Origin: a virus
IMG/VR virus record: IMGVR_UViG_3300032242_001941
Location: 32,001-96,000 of that record
DNA length: 64,000 nucleotides
Strand: one strand, 5' to 3'
Shown here: one piece after another, positions 40,967 through 51,506 of the stretch
Layout: the number at the start of each line of letters is the position of its first letter
Numbering within the stretch: the first letter of the stretch is position 1
Made by a program: the position numbers and the translations under genes
Notes under the pieces: generated by a model
Told to the model about the DNA's origin: nothing
The model's database searches: none
What the model saw: only the letters and a program-made list of their open reading frames with translations

Positions 40967-41079
40967 AAACAACACTCTAAACCCCCGTAAATGGTGGTTT
41001 TTTGTGGGCTTACCAAAAGGTTGACCAAAAATACCCGATCGCTTATAATGTATGTATAGTGATTAATAAGGAGCAGAAA
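40957..41079 (+). repeat. About 120-bp regulatory repeat (18-bp box, stem-loop, early promoter, RBS), copy 1
   Basis: Closely similar to 61947-62070; TTGACC(41021)-17bp-TATAAT. Confidence 0.88.
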
Positions 41080-41343
41080 ATGGTTGGACTAACAATAGTT
41101 GAAGGTGACGTAATCCGTGCTTATGACTTCAAACCAATGGTAGGTCGCGAAGATTGTTTTATCGAAGGCACAGTAGTTGATGCCCACAGCATTGAGCAAG
41201 GTTACCAGGCCTACAAAATCCGTGTGACCCGTGACTCATGGAGCGATTCAGAAGACAAGGGTCGTGTTGGTATCGAAATGTTTGTTCCTTGGAGAGTGAG
41301 CTTTAGCGAGTTCCAAGGTCGTGTAATGAATTTGTCAAGATAA
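41080..41343 (+). CDS. Hypothetical early protein (SH3-like beta fold possible)
   Basis: GDVIRAYDF pattern; AAGGAG RBS. Confidence 0.65.
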   Translation: MVGLTIVEGDVIRAYDFKPMVGREDCFIEGTVVDAHSIEQGYQAYKIRVTRDSWSDSEDKGRVGIEMFVPWRVSFSEFQGRVMNLSR

Positions 41344-41460
41344 GGCTGTAATGGGGTCGTGCGATCCTTGGGGAGCCTTGATACCCCAGAAACTTGCATG
41401 TCACTTTTTGCTGGTTTTTGACTCTAAATAAAAACCAGCACTTTTTAATCAGGAGACAAG

Positions 41461-41673
41461 ATGATCAGAGATAAAGTTGCTAGCACTCCAATTATTGACC
41501 TGACCGGTCCCGAAGGCAATGCTTTTTTCCTAATGGGCCGTGCCGCTCGTCTTGCACGTGACCTAGGTCTCGACGGTGATGCTATTGTTGCAGAAATGAA
41601 GTCAGGCAATTACGAAAATCTAGTGCAGGTGTTTGATAGCTATTTTGGCAACTATGTTATCTTGGAGAGATAA
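41461..41673 (+). CDS. Conserved phage hypothetical protein
   Basis: IDLTGPEGNAF.LMG motif; AGGAG RBS. Confidence 0.7.
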   Translation: MIRDKVASTPIIDLTGPEGNAFFLMGRAARLARDLGLDGDAIVAEMKSGNYENLVQVFDSYFGNYVILER

Positions 41674-42035
41674 TGAAAGTATTTCAAGAAACCACTGACT
41701 GGGGCACAGCCAGTGCGGTCAATCACATTTACTTCCTAAGCGACAGCAAGGACAAGATGTATGCTTACATCAACCGAGAAGGAAAAATTGATGAAGTCAA
41801 AACTCCGTATCGGTTCCATGTGCGTGGCCGCAAGTTTAAAGAGATTCCAAACCGTTGGGGATTCCGCCCGCGGGCGGAAGTGGAACCAGAAGTAGTGGGC
41901 CGACAGTATCAGGTGCCTGGATCAAAAGGTGCTATCTATACTGTTACCAATGATAGCGGATCGTGGACCTGCACCTGCCCGGCCAGTAAATGGCAAAAAG
42001 GCGAGTGCAAGCATATATTAAATCTTAAAGTTTAG
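41673..42035 (+). CDS. SWIM zinc-finger protein
   Basis: GSKG..Y.V...WTCTCP......CKH. Confidence 0.8.
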   Translation: MKVFQETTDWGTASAVNHIYFLSDSKDKMYAYINREGKIDEVKTPYRFHVRGRKFKEIPNRWGFRPRAEVEPEVVGRQYQVPGSKGAIYTVTNDSGSWTCTCPASKWQKGECKHILNLKV

Positions 42036-42726
42036 TGTAGCCGTAGTTAACTACCGCAGAGTTGCCGCTGTTGTTGGTAATACCGAATGTAAACACATTG
42101 GCGGTTGTAGTAGCAACTACAGCGGTACTAATATTGTTCACAGTTCCAACAATCTGATTCGGTATTGCTGTAAGCACTAGGGCGTTACCAGCCGCATAAT
42201 ACCAACCATAACTGCTACCAAGCACTGGCACATTGGTGTTGGTGACAACCACAGTGGCCGTATAGGTGACAATACCGCTGGGTATATTTCCATTGACCCA
42301 GATCGAGTATGTACCCGGACCCGGAACTGATAGACTCACTGTATTTGTACCTGCGGCCAAGGTCCATGATCCAGTGGTTGTTGCTTGTGGTCCAGTAGCA
42401 CCAGTTGGACCAGTGGCTCCAGTAATACCAGTTGCTCCTTGTGGTCCTGTGGAACCAGTAACACCTGTTGCACCTGTAGTTCCTTGTGGCCCTGTTGCAC
42501 CTTGTGGTCCAGCTCCACCAGATATTCCGGTTAATTGACTACCGTTTCCATATAGATATGTACCTGTGATATTGCCATGCACACTGATGCTTTCAAATCC
42601 GTTTAGACTTGGTGCAGGGCTGGCATTGTTAGCTGGAACGATACTTTGTACTACTAAAACATTACCGGCTACTACATTTGCTGTTGTGCTAAATCCGCCA
42701 TCTGAGTTAAATGGTTGCTGTGACAT
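42025..42726 (-). CDS. Tail-fibre protein with collagen-like repeats
   Basis: About 15 Gly-X-Y triplets (GATGPQ); GNGSQLTGI motif. Confidence 0.8.
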   Translation of the reverse strand: MSQQPFNSDGGFSTTANVVAGNVLVVQSIVPANNASPAPSLNGFESISVHGNITGTYLYGNGSQLTGISGGAGPQGATGPQGTTGATGVTGSTGPQGATGITGATGPTGATGPQATTTGSWTLAAGTNTVSLSVPGPGTYSIWVNGNIPSGIVTYTATVVVTNTNVPVLGSSYGWYYAAGNALVLTAIPNQIVGTVNNISTAVVATTTANVFTFGITNNSGNSAVVNYGYTKL

Positions 42727-42738
42727 TTATATTTCCTG

Positions 42739-45090
42739 TTAATTGAACATGACACCAAATTCTACAGCGTCAAAACTGGACCAGCCGCTGGTTTGACCAG
42801 CATCCAGGTTGAGTGAAATTTCAATTTCGTTTGCTAGATTAACTGTGGCTGTAACTACTGTATCTGCTATTGAAGCACGAGCTTTGATTCGGTTGCTGAC
42901 AACAAAATTTACTGTGCCCGCTGTGTCAAGGCTTTTGGTCGCCACCACATCAAACTGTTCCCACTGTGGGTTAGTACCAACAGATTCAACTGCAAAAGTC
43001 AATCGAACACTTTGTACATATTCATTACTTGCTGTATAAGCTACACTAGGTGTGCCGCCTGCGGCAAGTTCAGCTGAATATCCGTAAGCGGCACCAGAGT
43101 ATTGGCCGTTGACAATTTTTCTTGTGCCGGCCAACAGGGCTGATTCACCTGCGTTGCCTGACACATTTTGTGAAGCCAATAATAAATTGGCACTGCTAAA
43201 AGTCCATTGACCCAGTTGTCCAGTGCCGTTACCGTAAGTGGTAATGTTTAAGGTACCATCTGGGTTGGCAGTCAAGCAGGTAGAGTATACGCCAGGAGCA
43301 TCAGCATAGAAACTGGTTACACTGGTAAGGTTACCTGTACCGCCGGTAAGCATTGTACCGTTGCCTTTGACATCGGCTGGACCAATAAAGCTACCGTGTG
43401 AAGTGTATATATTACCGGTAACACTAATACCATCTGAACTAACGGTTTGAACAACATTGGCCTGCGCAGTGTTGCCCACAAACATTTTAATTTGTCCATT
43501 GGTTGATCCAAGAATCAAATTACCGGAGCCTGTTGTTGTACCTGCTTGATCTACACCAACCACATACAAATACGCATCATTTGTTGTACCAGTGTCACCA
43601 AAGAATTCTGGATCTGTGTGATTACTACTGGCTATACCAAAGTCAGCAAAATATGTAGTGTCATCTCCGTTGTCGGCTGTTACAATGTAATCAGTACTTG
43701 CACTGGCACTATTGCTAATATTTTGGAAATTAATTTGAGCATAGCTATCAACGTTACCGGCAAACTGTGCAATTACATTACTACCCAATAGAGTAAATCC
43801 TGAAACGCCAGCGTAGACGGCGTCAGTACCAAAACCGTCATAGCCGATAATATAAGCACCCTTGCTAATCACATTACCATTGTAGATGGTAACGTTGCCA
43901 TTTGGTTCAATACGTAAGTTTTCAACTTGTGAAGTACTACCGGCTGGTGTGTTTAAAAAACTAATATAAGTTGGGTGACTGTTGGCAGTCCATGTACCAC
44001 CAGCGATAATTTGCATACGACCAACTGAGATATTTGCGTAGTTAACACCGTCATAGGATCCGCGACCTGCTACAGCAACCAAGCGGTCTCCGGTTTGCAT
44101 GGTTGACCCGGGTCTTAGATACGATCCTAGATAGCTGCCACCTCCGGCATTCCCAAGAGTGTTTCCAAAAGATTTAATTATCATTGCGGTGAGCTGATTC
44201 TCAGTGTCACTGGTAATGCTAAACAGCTGAGAGTTATCACCTTTTAAAATTAATTGTCCTGTACCATCTGGGTGAAGAACAATGTTTTGATTGGTACCAG
44301 GAGTGGTAGTAATACTGCTATTACCAGGAAGACTGCGTGGTAAGACTAATTGGCCATTAATATCAAATACCCACCGAGCTCCAGTGCCGTCGTCGGTGTT
44401 AATATACACATTGCCATTGGCTATTGGTACAGAAACATTACTGGTGCCGTTATAAATTATGTTAGAATTTCCGCCACCGCCACCTGAAATACCTGTTAAG
44501 AAAGCACCGTTACCCAGTATGTATTGGCCTTGGATATTGCCTGTGGCTGAGATATTGCCGGCTGATATGTTGCCGGAGTAGGTGGGCAAAAAGGCCGCAA
44601 CATCTGCATTTGAATATGTGCCAGATACACTGTTGTTAGATAAAAAGCGTACCTGAATAACGTCGGCATTGGCCGGAGCAGTGGTAAAGGTTAAAATATT
44701 GCTAATAACCAAGTAGTCTACGTCTGGAGTTTGTGTAATACCGTTGACAGTTACTAGTATAGAAACAGCAGTGGCAGTTTGTTGTAGAGTGAACGCTACC
44801 GTAGATCCATCACCTTGAAACGTTTGATTAGTGATTGTGGTAAAGATGCCAGTAAGCAGGCTACCATTGCCAATGAAATAGTTGGCTGAGACATTGCCAG
44901 TAAGAGTCAACGAATTGCTCCAACTTCTAGTATTGTTGGTGGTTATGACCAAGACCGTATTGTTGGCGCCTGGGCCAAGATTAGGTTCGGCCTGTGTAAG
45001 ACCTAGGAATTGATATCGATCAGCAGTTAGATTAGCATAATCTGTTACTGCGACGCGACCACTTACGAGACTACCTTTATTAACAGTCAT
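42739..45090 (-). CDS. Tail-fibre/structural protein
   Basis: FQGDGST.AF.L, VNG.TQ.P..DY, GNG..LTGI repeats. Confidence 0.75.
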   Translation of the reverse strand: MTVNKGSLVSGRVAVTDYANLTADRYQFLGLTQAEPNLGPGANNTVLVITTNNTRSWSNSLTLTGNVSANYFIGNGSLLTGIFTTITNQTFQGDGSTVAFTLQQTATAVSILVTVNGITQTPDVDYLVISNILTFTTAPANADVIQVRFLSNNSVSGTYSNADVAAFLPTYSGNISAGNISATGNIQGQYILGNGAFLTGISGGGGGNSNIIYNGTSNVSVPIANGNVYINTDDGTGARWVFDINGQLVLPRSLPGNSSITTTPGTNQNIVLHPDGTGQLILKGDNSQLFSITSDTENQLTAMIIKSFGNTLGNAGGGSYLGSYLRPGSTMQTGDRLVAVAGRGSYDGVNYANISVGRMQIIAGGTWTANSHPTYISFLNTPAGSTSQVENLRIEPNGNVTIYNGNVISKGAYIIGYDGFGTDAVYAGVSGFTLLGSNVIAQFAGNVDSYAQINFQNISNSASASTDYIVTADNGDDTTYFADFGIASSNHTDPEFFGDTGTTNDAYLYVVGVDQAGTTTGSGNLILGSTNGQIKMFVGNTAQANVVQTVSSDGISVTGNIYTSHGSFIGPADVKGNGTMLTGGTGNLTSVTSFYADAPGVYSTCLTANPDGTLNITTYGNGTGQLGQWTFSSANLLLASQNVSGNAGESALLAGTRKIVNGQYSGAAYGYSAELAAGGTPSVAYTASNEYVQSVRLTFAVESVGTNPQWEQFDVVATKSLDTAGTVNFVVSNRIKARASIADTVVTATVNLANEIEISLNLDAGQTSGWSSFDAVEFGVMFN

Positions 45091-45093
45091 ATA

Positions 45094-45423
45094 TTATACA
45101 AGGGTTTCCAAAAGACTTAGTGTCAACTGTGATGAACCATTGACATTGGCACTTACTCGGAAACTTTGTCCATAAGTTAGGACCAAACGTCCGGCAATTG
45201 AATTGATAGCATCATTTGCTGGTACGCTGGCATTGGCTATTAATGCTGTGTACGCGGCACCGTTGGCGGTTCCAGTTGAAATTTCAATAGTGCCGTTGCC
45301 GGTGTTGGCAACTTGTGCCAATAAAATAACTGTGGAATATCCCAATGGTGTACTGTACACATTAGTAGGTGTGGTAGTTACGTTTGCGGTTATAGTTCTG
45401 AATACGTTTAATGCGCCTGACAT
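45094..45423 (-). CDS. Small structural beta-sandwich protein
   Basis: VY.TP.G...VIL.AQVAN pattern; lies within the fibre operon. Confidence 0.65.
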   Translation of the reverse strand: MSGALNVFRTITANVTTTPTNVYSTPLGYSTVILLAQVANTGNGTIEISTGTANGAAYTALIANASVPANDAINSIAGRLVLTYGQSFRVSANVNGSSQLTLSLLETLV

Positions 45424-45442
45424 GTTTTTTCCTTTTTATTAC

Positions 45443-47617
45443 TTATGTTGCTGGGTTCAACGCCAAAATGTACGGAGTCATTTGAGCATACAAACTCTTG
45501 TAAAAGTCGTCACCAGTGATGGTTCCTGTGGCCTGATTAATAATAAATCCTTTACCAACTTTAAAGTTACCTTTTTGATCGGTACTGGTAAATGTTACCA
45601 CAGCACCATTGGTAGCTATTACTTCGTTGGCCTCAATTGGTATACCACCATACTGTGGTAACGCTGTGGCAGGATTGGTGCCTGCTCCTACATACTCAAA
45701 GGTATGGGCCGATGCAATAATACTGCTACGAGTATAAAACTCAACTGTAGTTCCCGGAGCCAAATTACCAGTATAAGTTTGTTGTATCACTACAGTACTG
45801 GTAGTAGGACCGGTGGGCACAATGGTATCAATGGTATAGTATTCTGGATCACCTGTAATTTTCATCACGGTATTGACATGTGGCTGACCATTGGTTTCGT
45901 TGACCAGATTGAACACACCGTTAAGACTGTAGCCCGAAGTTACAGCACTGGTTTGTAGTGGTCCTATACCGTCGGCCACTAGTCCGTAGTTACCAATCGA
46001 ACAGTCACTTCCGTTGAGCGTACAGAATGCACCTGACTCAACCTTGATTCCTACATCACAAGCAATAGTGTAGATGTTGACCAATTGACTGTAACCTGAA
46101 TTCAACAGGTGTATGCCCTGACCACCTTGATTGATAATGGTAAAGAATCCTACAATCATGGCCTTGGTGCTTATAGAGCTAACATTGTTTCCGTCAATAT
46201 AAACAGCGGTACCAGTGGTAGTACTAGAAGTCAAGTTCTGTATATAAGGACTTACAAAAACATTTTGCGTAGGAGTAGTGGGATCAAAACTAAATCCTTT
46301 ACCTGTGTAATTTTTAATAGTGATTCCCCAGACATAACAGCCTGAGGTTACGTAGAATAAATCACTAGCAGGTGTCTGTGGAACTACTGTAACGTTACGT
46401 AGATTATCGCCCATGAGTGCTGTGTTGGGTGGAATAGTTACAGGATTAGCTTCGGTATATGTTCCCGGAGCCACGTGTACTGATACTGCACCACCAACAG
46501 CCGCAGCGGCTGCCATGGCATGCTTGATGGTCAAGAATGGAGTATTCAATCCTCCGTCGGCATTGTCGTTGCCGTTCTTGGCTACATAAAAAATTCTGCT
46601 ACTAGCTGGAACTGGTCCTAAGATATTACCGTAAACGCTTATGCCGCCTGGAGTAAACACGGCCACATTACTGACTCCATGCACTCCTACAGTGACATTA
46701 CCACCAGCGGTGGCAATACTTACATTACTGTTTCCGCTGACAATAGCATTGGCATTACCAGTATTAACTCCGGTTAGATATGCACCGTTACCATAGTAGT
46801 AACCGGCAGTGACGTTTCCAGTGACGCTGACACTGCTGGCAATATTAACATTGCCAGTACCGTTGGCTTGTAAAATAATATTAGAATTGGCCAAACTGGT
46901 ACTGATAGTAACGTTACTAAAAGTAATGTTACCGGTATTGGCCGTGGCTGTAATTCCAGTGAGTAGACTACCATCACCTAGATAGTAACCGGCAGTGGAT
47001 ATATTACCTGTGGCACTGATATTGTTAGCGGCAATATTATTGGCACTGATACTGCCCGGTATAGTAAGATATTGCGTATAAAGATTCTGCCAAACTTGAC
47101 TAGGTGAACCTAAATTACGAATGCGAGTTTGATCCGGAAGTACGTGAGCATTAGCTATTACCGCACCAATCCCATTGGGATCCAATATCAAGTTACCATT
47201 GGTATTCAAGGTACCGACAGTGTTGTTGGCAATCCTGATGTTTGATCCCACTGGGCCAGCAGCCCAAATCTGATCAAAGTTGGTGTTAATTTTAGTAAAT
47301 GCTGTGTTTAAACTCTCGCCAGGCGGAACAGTATCAATCATTTGTTGACCGCCTGATGCCCACGTTGCAGTCATTGTTCCTACCGCTGTGGTCAAGGCAA
47401 ATACAGCGCCTCCGGGTAAACTAGACAGTGTAATACTACTAGTTGGATAGCCGTACACAATAGCACCAATGTAATAGGTACTGCCTTCGGTAATTCCACC
47501 AAATGTTACGCCTGAGAATGTAATAGGCAATCCCAAAACCATGTTGTCAACGGAACTAACAGTAACGGTATTGGTAGCGGAATCGGTAGCAGTAGCGGTG
47601 GTTGTGTAAGTGGTCAT
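45443..47617 (-). CDS. Tail-fibre/tailspike protein with pectin-lyase-like beta-helix
   Basis: GESL..AF.KIN.NF; FYVAKNGND...PFLTI..A; VAPGTYTE; GDNLR. Confidence 0.8.
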   Translation of the reverse strand: MTTYTTTATATDSATNTVTVSSVDNMVLGLPITFSGVTFGGITEGSTYYIGAIVYGYPTSSITLSSLPGGAVFALTTAVGTMTATWASGGQQMIDTVPPGESLNTAFTKINTNFDQIWAAGPVGSNIRIANNTVGTLNTNGNLILDPNGIGAVIANAHVLPDQTRIRNLGSPSQVWQNLYTQYLTIPGSISANNIAANNISATGNISTAGYYLGDGSLLTGITATANTGNITFSNVTISTSLANSNIILQANGTGNVNIASSVSVTGNVTAGYYYGNGAYLTGVNTGNANAIVSGNSNVSIATAGGNVTVGVHGVSNVAVFTPGGISVYGNILGPVPASSRIFYVAKNGNDNADGGLNTPFLTIKHAMAAAAAVGGAVSVHVAPGTYTEANPVTIPPNTALMGDNLRNVTVVPQTPASDLFYVTSGCYVWGITIKNYTGKGFSFDPTTPTQNVFVSPYIQNLTSSTTTGTAVYIDGNNVSSISTKAMIVGFFTIINQGGQGIHLLNSGYSQLVNIYTIACDVGIKVESGAFCTLNGSDCSIGNYGLVADGIGPLQTSAVTSGYSLNGVFNLVNETNGQPHVNTVMKITGDPEYYTIDTIVPTGPTTSTVVIQQTYTGNLAPGTTVEFYTRSSIIASAHTFEYVGAGTNPATALPQYGGIPIEANEVIATNGAVVTFTSTDQKGNFKVGKGFIINQATGTITGDDFYKSLYAQMTPYILALNPAT

Positions 47618-47670
47618 GAATCTAGTTAGCCTTTTTAGTTATTTATGGCTAAATGCTTATCCTAAACTTA

Positions 47671-47699
47671 TTGCGCATTGTGCAACTTAGTGCTATACT
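47671..47699 (+). promoter_or_regulatory. sigma70-type promoter
   Basis: TTGCGC-17bp-TATACT. Confidence 0.55.
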
Positions 47700-47745
47700 A
47701 GCATCATGCTGTTGTTAAACAGCGTTTAACATAGAAAGGTAACAA

Positions 47746-48009
47746 ATGAAATTTATTAATCCAGAAACTAAGACGTTTAAAGTATTTTCCGCATTACAAG
47801 AAGGCAAGGCTTTGACAGCTAGCCAAGCAGCTAAAATGGGCGTAAAAAACCTGTCAGCTGAAGTATCAAGAATCCGCTCACATGGTTTTGCAGTTTACAC
47901 AAACAGCCGCAAAGCTGGTAACGGTGTTAATGTAACTGAGTACGTTTTGGGTAAACCAAGCCGTAAATTGGTAGCCGCTGGCTATCGCGCTCTTGCATTA
48001 GGTATCTAA
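47746..48009 (+). CDS. Winged-helix DNA-binding protein
   Basis: L..G..LT..Q....GV.NL.A.VS.IR..G..V pattern. Confidence 0.7.
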   Translation: MKFINPETKTFKVFSALQEGKALTASQAAKMGVKNLSAEVSRIRSHGFAVYTNSRKAGNGVNVTEYVLGKPSRKLVAAGYRALALGI

Positions 48010-48048
48010 TACCTACCCGCTGTCCGATTCAGACCGGACACTGAGCCC

Positions 48049-48076
48049 AAACCCCAGTGCAATGCTGGGGTTTTTT
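48049..48076 (+). terminator. Intrinsic terminator
   Basis: AAACCCCAG...CTGGGGTTT followed by a T run. Confidence 0.8.
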
Positions 48077-48077
48077 C

Positions 48078-48106
48078 TTGACCATTAATTCTGTTTCTTG
48101 TATAAT
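48078..48106 (+). promoter_or_regulatory. Early sigma70 promoter
   Basis: TTGACC-17bp-TATAAT. Confidence 0.8.
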
Positions 48107-48135
48107 AGTAGTATATTAATAAGTAAGGATATATC

Positions 48136-48669
48136 ATGCCAAATTGGTGTTCAAATCGTGCCACTGTTACAGGACCAAGTCCGGTTATTGACGAAATTCG
48201 TCGGATACTTGAAGATTCTGAAGGTGAATTGTTAACGTGGATGGTTCCACAACCCAAGTTTGAAGGCGACCAAGACTGGTACATGTGGCGTGTAAATAAC
48301 TGGGGAACCAAGTGGGACATCACCGACGTTTACATTGACACGGATGATGAACCAGACTCAATTGAATTTACTTTCAGTACAGCCTGGGCTCCTCCGGTAG
48401 AAGCATTTACAACCTGGGCTATGGCGGATGGACGGGTGCAATTTAACCTGGAGTATTGGGAACCCGGTTGTGGGTTTGTAGGTACTACTACATACGATGG
48501 TGAATACTTAGACACTGACGATGTGGACTCGGGTACGGACCCAGATCGTTACAAAGAAATAGCTTCGGACACCTGGGGCTATGAAGAATGGGACGAACCG
48601 GAACCCTTAACCGAGTGGTACAAAGATGGCGTTGAAGCCAAAGGATTGGATGAACATGGAACTAAATGA
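48136..48669 (+). CDS. DUF1281/YubB ferredoxin-like domain protein
   Basis: MPNWC.N, WY.W...NWGTKWD, F.TAWAPP, EPGCGFVG. Confidence 0.8.
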   Translation: MPNWCSNRATVTGPSPVIDEIRRILEDSEGELLTWMVPQPKFEGDQDWYMWRVNNWGTKWDITDVYIDTDDEPDSIEFTFSTAWAPPVEAFTTWAMADGRVQFNLEYWEPGCGFVGTTTYDGEYLDTDDVDSGTDPDRYKEIASDTWGYEEWDEPEPLTEWYKDGVEAKGLDEHGTK

Positions 48670-49033
48670 TATCGTAGCAGGTATTTTTATGGGACTGGGC
48701 ATTGGCTTTGTAGTATTAGCTGTGTATGTTTGGGTTTTGTATCAACGAATCAAAAGTCGCATTGACGAAATGGTTGAAAAAGTCGTTGCTGAAGCCGAAG
48801 CTGATTTAGTTGGACTTGACATTGAACTAGACAACGGCGTTTATTTCTGTTATAATCATGATGATAAACAGTTTGTTTGTCAAGGTAAGACAGTGGCAGA
48901 AATTAAACAAGCGTTTCAAGCCCGCCATCCTGGTAAAACAGCCTATTTGGCCGGTGGTGATCCTGCGGTGGTTGAAGAATTTAAAACAGAATTATTAAAG
49001 TTAGCCATAAATGAAAATAGCCCTGGCCAGTGA
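48656..49033 (+). CDS. Membrane-anchored hypothetical protein
   Basis: N-terminal TM helix; FVCQGKT motif. Confidence 0.6.
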   Translation: MELNDIVAGIFMGLGIGFVVLAVYVWVLYQRIKSRIDEMVEKVVAEAEADLVGLDIELDNGVYFCYNHDDKQFVCQGKTVAEIKQAFQARHPGKTAYLAGGDPAVVEEFKTELLKLAINENSPGQ

Positions 49034-49823
49034 CATACATTTAGAATTTGGCGACATCACCCTAGTCAATGATCAGGGTGCCGACGTCTTAATTCTTGCT
49101 GGCGATATCTGCTTGGCTGTAGACGCCAACAATGCGACCCCAATGGGACGCCGTGTACAGGCGTTTTTCCAGCGTGTTAGCCATGCGTTTCCTAGGGTGA
49201 TTTATATCATGGGCAATCACGAGCACTACGATGGTGACTACGCTCGAAGCCATGAGCGACTACAAAAAATGTTAGATGGTCAGTTGTGTAACAATGTTAC
49301 CCTGCTAGACAAGGACACAGTTGTCGTAGACGATGTTACATTTGTAGGTGGAACATTCTGGACTGACTTTGATCGAGAAAATCCGTTGGCCATGTTGAAT
49401 GCTAGTAATGCTATGAATGACTACCGCGTATGCAGAAATAGTGCGACTGGATATTCAGGTGGCGGCTATGCATCACGATTACAACCAGTACATACTCTAG
49501 CAGATCACAGAAAGTGTCATGACTATATTTGCATTGTAACTGAACCTAAAGATCTGAAGTTTGTAGTCGTTACCCATCATGCTCCTAGTCGTAGCAGTGT
49601 GGATGTCATCTACGAAAATGATGACCTAATGAATGCTAATTTTTATAGTGAGCAAACGGAATTTATTCTGGATCGACCACAGATTAAGTTATGGGTACAC
49701 GGTCATATGCACAACAACAGTGATTATATGATTGGTACAACAAGAGTTGCCTGTAACCCAAGAGGTTATTATGGGCACGAAAGAAGAGCTGATATGTTTA
49801 AATTGGAGTATTTCGATGTTTAA
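49011..49823 (+). CDS. Calcineurin-like metallophosphoesterase
   Basis: SDIHLE, LAGDI, GNHEH, THHAP, HGHMH, CNPRGY. Confidence 0.92.
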   Translation: MKIALASDIHLEFGDITLVNDQGADVLILAGDICLAVDANNATPMGRRVQAFFQRVSHAFPRVIYIMGNHEHYDGDYARSHERLQKMLDGQLCNNVTLLDKDTVVVDDVTFVGGTFWTDFDRENPLAMLNASNAMNDYRVCRNSATGYSGGGYASRLQPVHTLADHRKCHDYICIVTEPKDLKFVVVTHHAPSRSSVDVIYENDDLMNANFYSEQTEFILDRPQIKLWVHGHMHNNSDYMIGTTRVACNPRGYYGHERRADMFKLEYFDV

Positions 49824-50607
49824 ATGGTTAAAGTATTCAGGAGCAAGTATTGTGATCACTGTTAATCCCTTGCACTGGCGTCGGATTCCGCAGGCCCGTC
49901 GAGCGTTTATAGATGAGTGGGTTGGACCTCATGAACGGGCTTGGTTTGCTAGTTGGTTATTTTTAACTGTGCGTGTATGGATTGATGATGGAAGCTGGTA
50001 AACCAAAAATTACTTCAGCAGACGGTCGTGAAGGCTACCTAATCTGGTGCGGTGGAGATCGCTATGTGTTTAGAATCTATACGGATGCGCCACATGAGTT
50101 TACCGATTATGACTTGCGACATACAGATATGCGTGTTCGAATCGTAGATTCTGATGCGTTCTTTTATTCAGACGATAAAGGTGACTGTATTGATCACAGC
50201 CCTGCGACATTAGGAATTGACCGGTAATGGGAATGTTTGATAATATCGAGTATCGGGGGCGCCAGTATCAAACTAAAGATACTCCCTTGCAAACACTTGA
50301 TAATTACAAGATAGAGCAGGATCAAGATTCAGGGCACTGGTACCTGTGGCACGAAGAATATGATAGTGAATGGGTCGATAGTGACGACGGGTTCCTTGGT
50401 GGAACCATAGTTCAAAGCAATGAGCGTTGGGTATGTTGTCATGACTTTGATGGCTTGATCCGTTTTTACTATTATCGTACGGAAGAGGATCAAGAAGAAT
50501 ACCAAGCACTGTTTATGGATGGTCGTATGTTAAAAATTAAAATGACTCAGGGTGAACCCTTAACAGAATGGTTGGTCAAGGGCATGGAAGAACGAGGACT
50601 AGAATGA
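49816..50607 (+). CDS. Three small coupled hypothetical ORFs (49816-50001, about 49985-50227, 50227-50607)
   Basis: Overlapping stops/starts; the last has the MGMFD...YQTKD motif common in phages. Confidence 0.6.
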
Positions 50608-50870
50608 ATACCGATCCAAGATGTTGTGGCAGTGGTACTTGTATTATCAACCCAGAGGGCGAATGCTGGTGTGGGCAGAAATGGGACGGTACTAAAATGT
50701 GTATGCCTGAACTAAACTTAAAGGTACAAGATGATACAGAAACTAAGGATTAAATTAGCACGTTGGATCTTGGGCAAGCATTGTCCTTGTTATCAAATGG
50801 GCCATCACAGCATGGTAGATTTCCAACAGCGTAGTGCAGATGCTATAGCTAAACAGAAGGCAAGAAAAGA

Positions 50871-51506
50871 ATGAAAGTTTGGACAAGCAAATACCGTAAT
50901 CATTGGCTAAGCCCATATGTTCTCCTTAAAGCTGTATGCTTTTGGGAAAAAGACGAAGATCGCATCTACAATCTTAAAGAAGAAGCCAACAACCCCTACG
51001 TCAAGTGGGTTAACTTTTTAAATCCTATTTGTACAGCCTGGATGGCCGTTTTAGATTTTGTTCACCCACGCTGGACTTACGTGAAACTTGACTACTGGGA
51101 TACCTGGAGTTTTGATCATACTCTAGCTGATATTATCCTTCCTGGGCTTCGACAACTCAAAGCAACCAAACAGGGTGCTCCACATACCGAGGATGACGAT
51201 GTTCCAGAATACCTGCGTAGTTACATGGCTCAGCCCAAAGAGAATGAATGGGACACAGACAGCCTACACTTCATGCGTTGGGATTGGATACTTGCCGAAA
51301 TGATCTGGGCATTCGAACAAAAGGTTGATGATGATGCCGATAGCCAGTTCTTTGATCACAGCGAAGTTGATCGTGGTGCAAAGCCATGGGATTCTGAAAG
51401 TTATAAAAAAGTCAAGTACGACAAAGAAGGGCATCAAAAGTGGCAGGATCGTAAAGCCAATGGATTTAGACTCTTTGGAAAATACTACGAAGCACTTTGG
51501 GACTAA
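50871..51506 (+). CDS. Conserved T4-like phage hypothetical protein
   Basis: WDTWS.D.TLA.II.P.L..LK and GFRLFGKYY..LWD motifs. Confidence 0.75.
   Translation: MKVWTSKYRNHWLSPYVLLKAVCFWEKDEDRIYNLKEEANNPYVKWVNFLNPICTAWMAVLDFVHPRWTYVKLDYWDTWSFDHTLADIILPGLRQLKATKQGAPHTEDDDVPEYLRSYMAQPKENEWDTDSLHFMRWDWILAEMIWAFEQKVDDDADSQFFDHSEVDRGAKPWDSESYKKVKYDKEGHQKWQDRKANGFRLFGKYYEALWD

Noticed and set aside
41342-41400. Hammerhead ribozyme (GAAAC present)
   Set aside because: No CUGANGA core in the right context; kept only as an unassigned structured RNA.
47671-47685. TTGCGCATTGTGCAA as a third PhaR-like box
   Set aside because: It coincides with the -35 element of the wHTH promoter and has different spacing; it could be an autoregulatory site but is unsupported.
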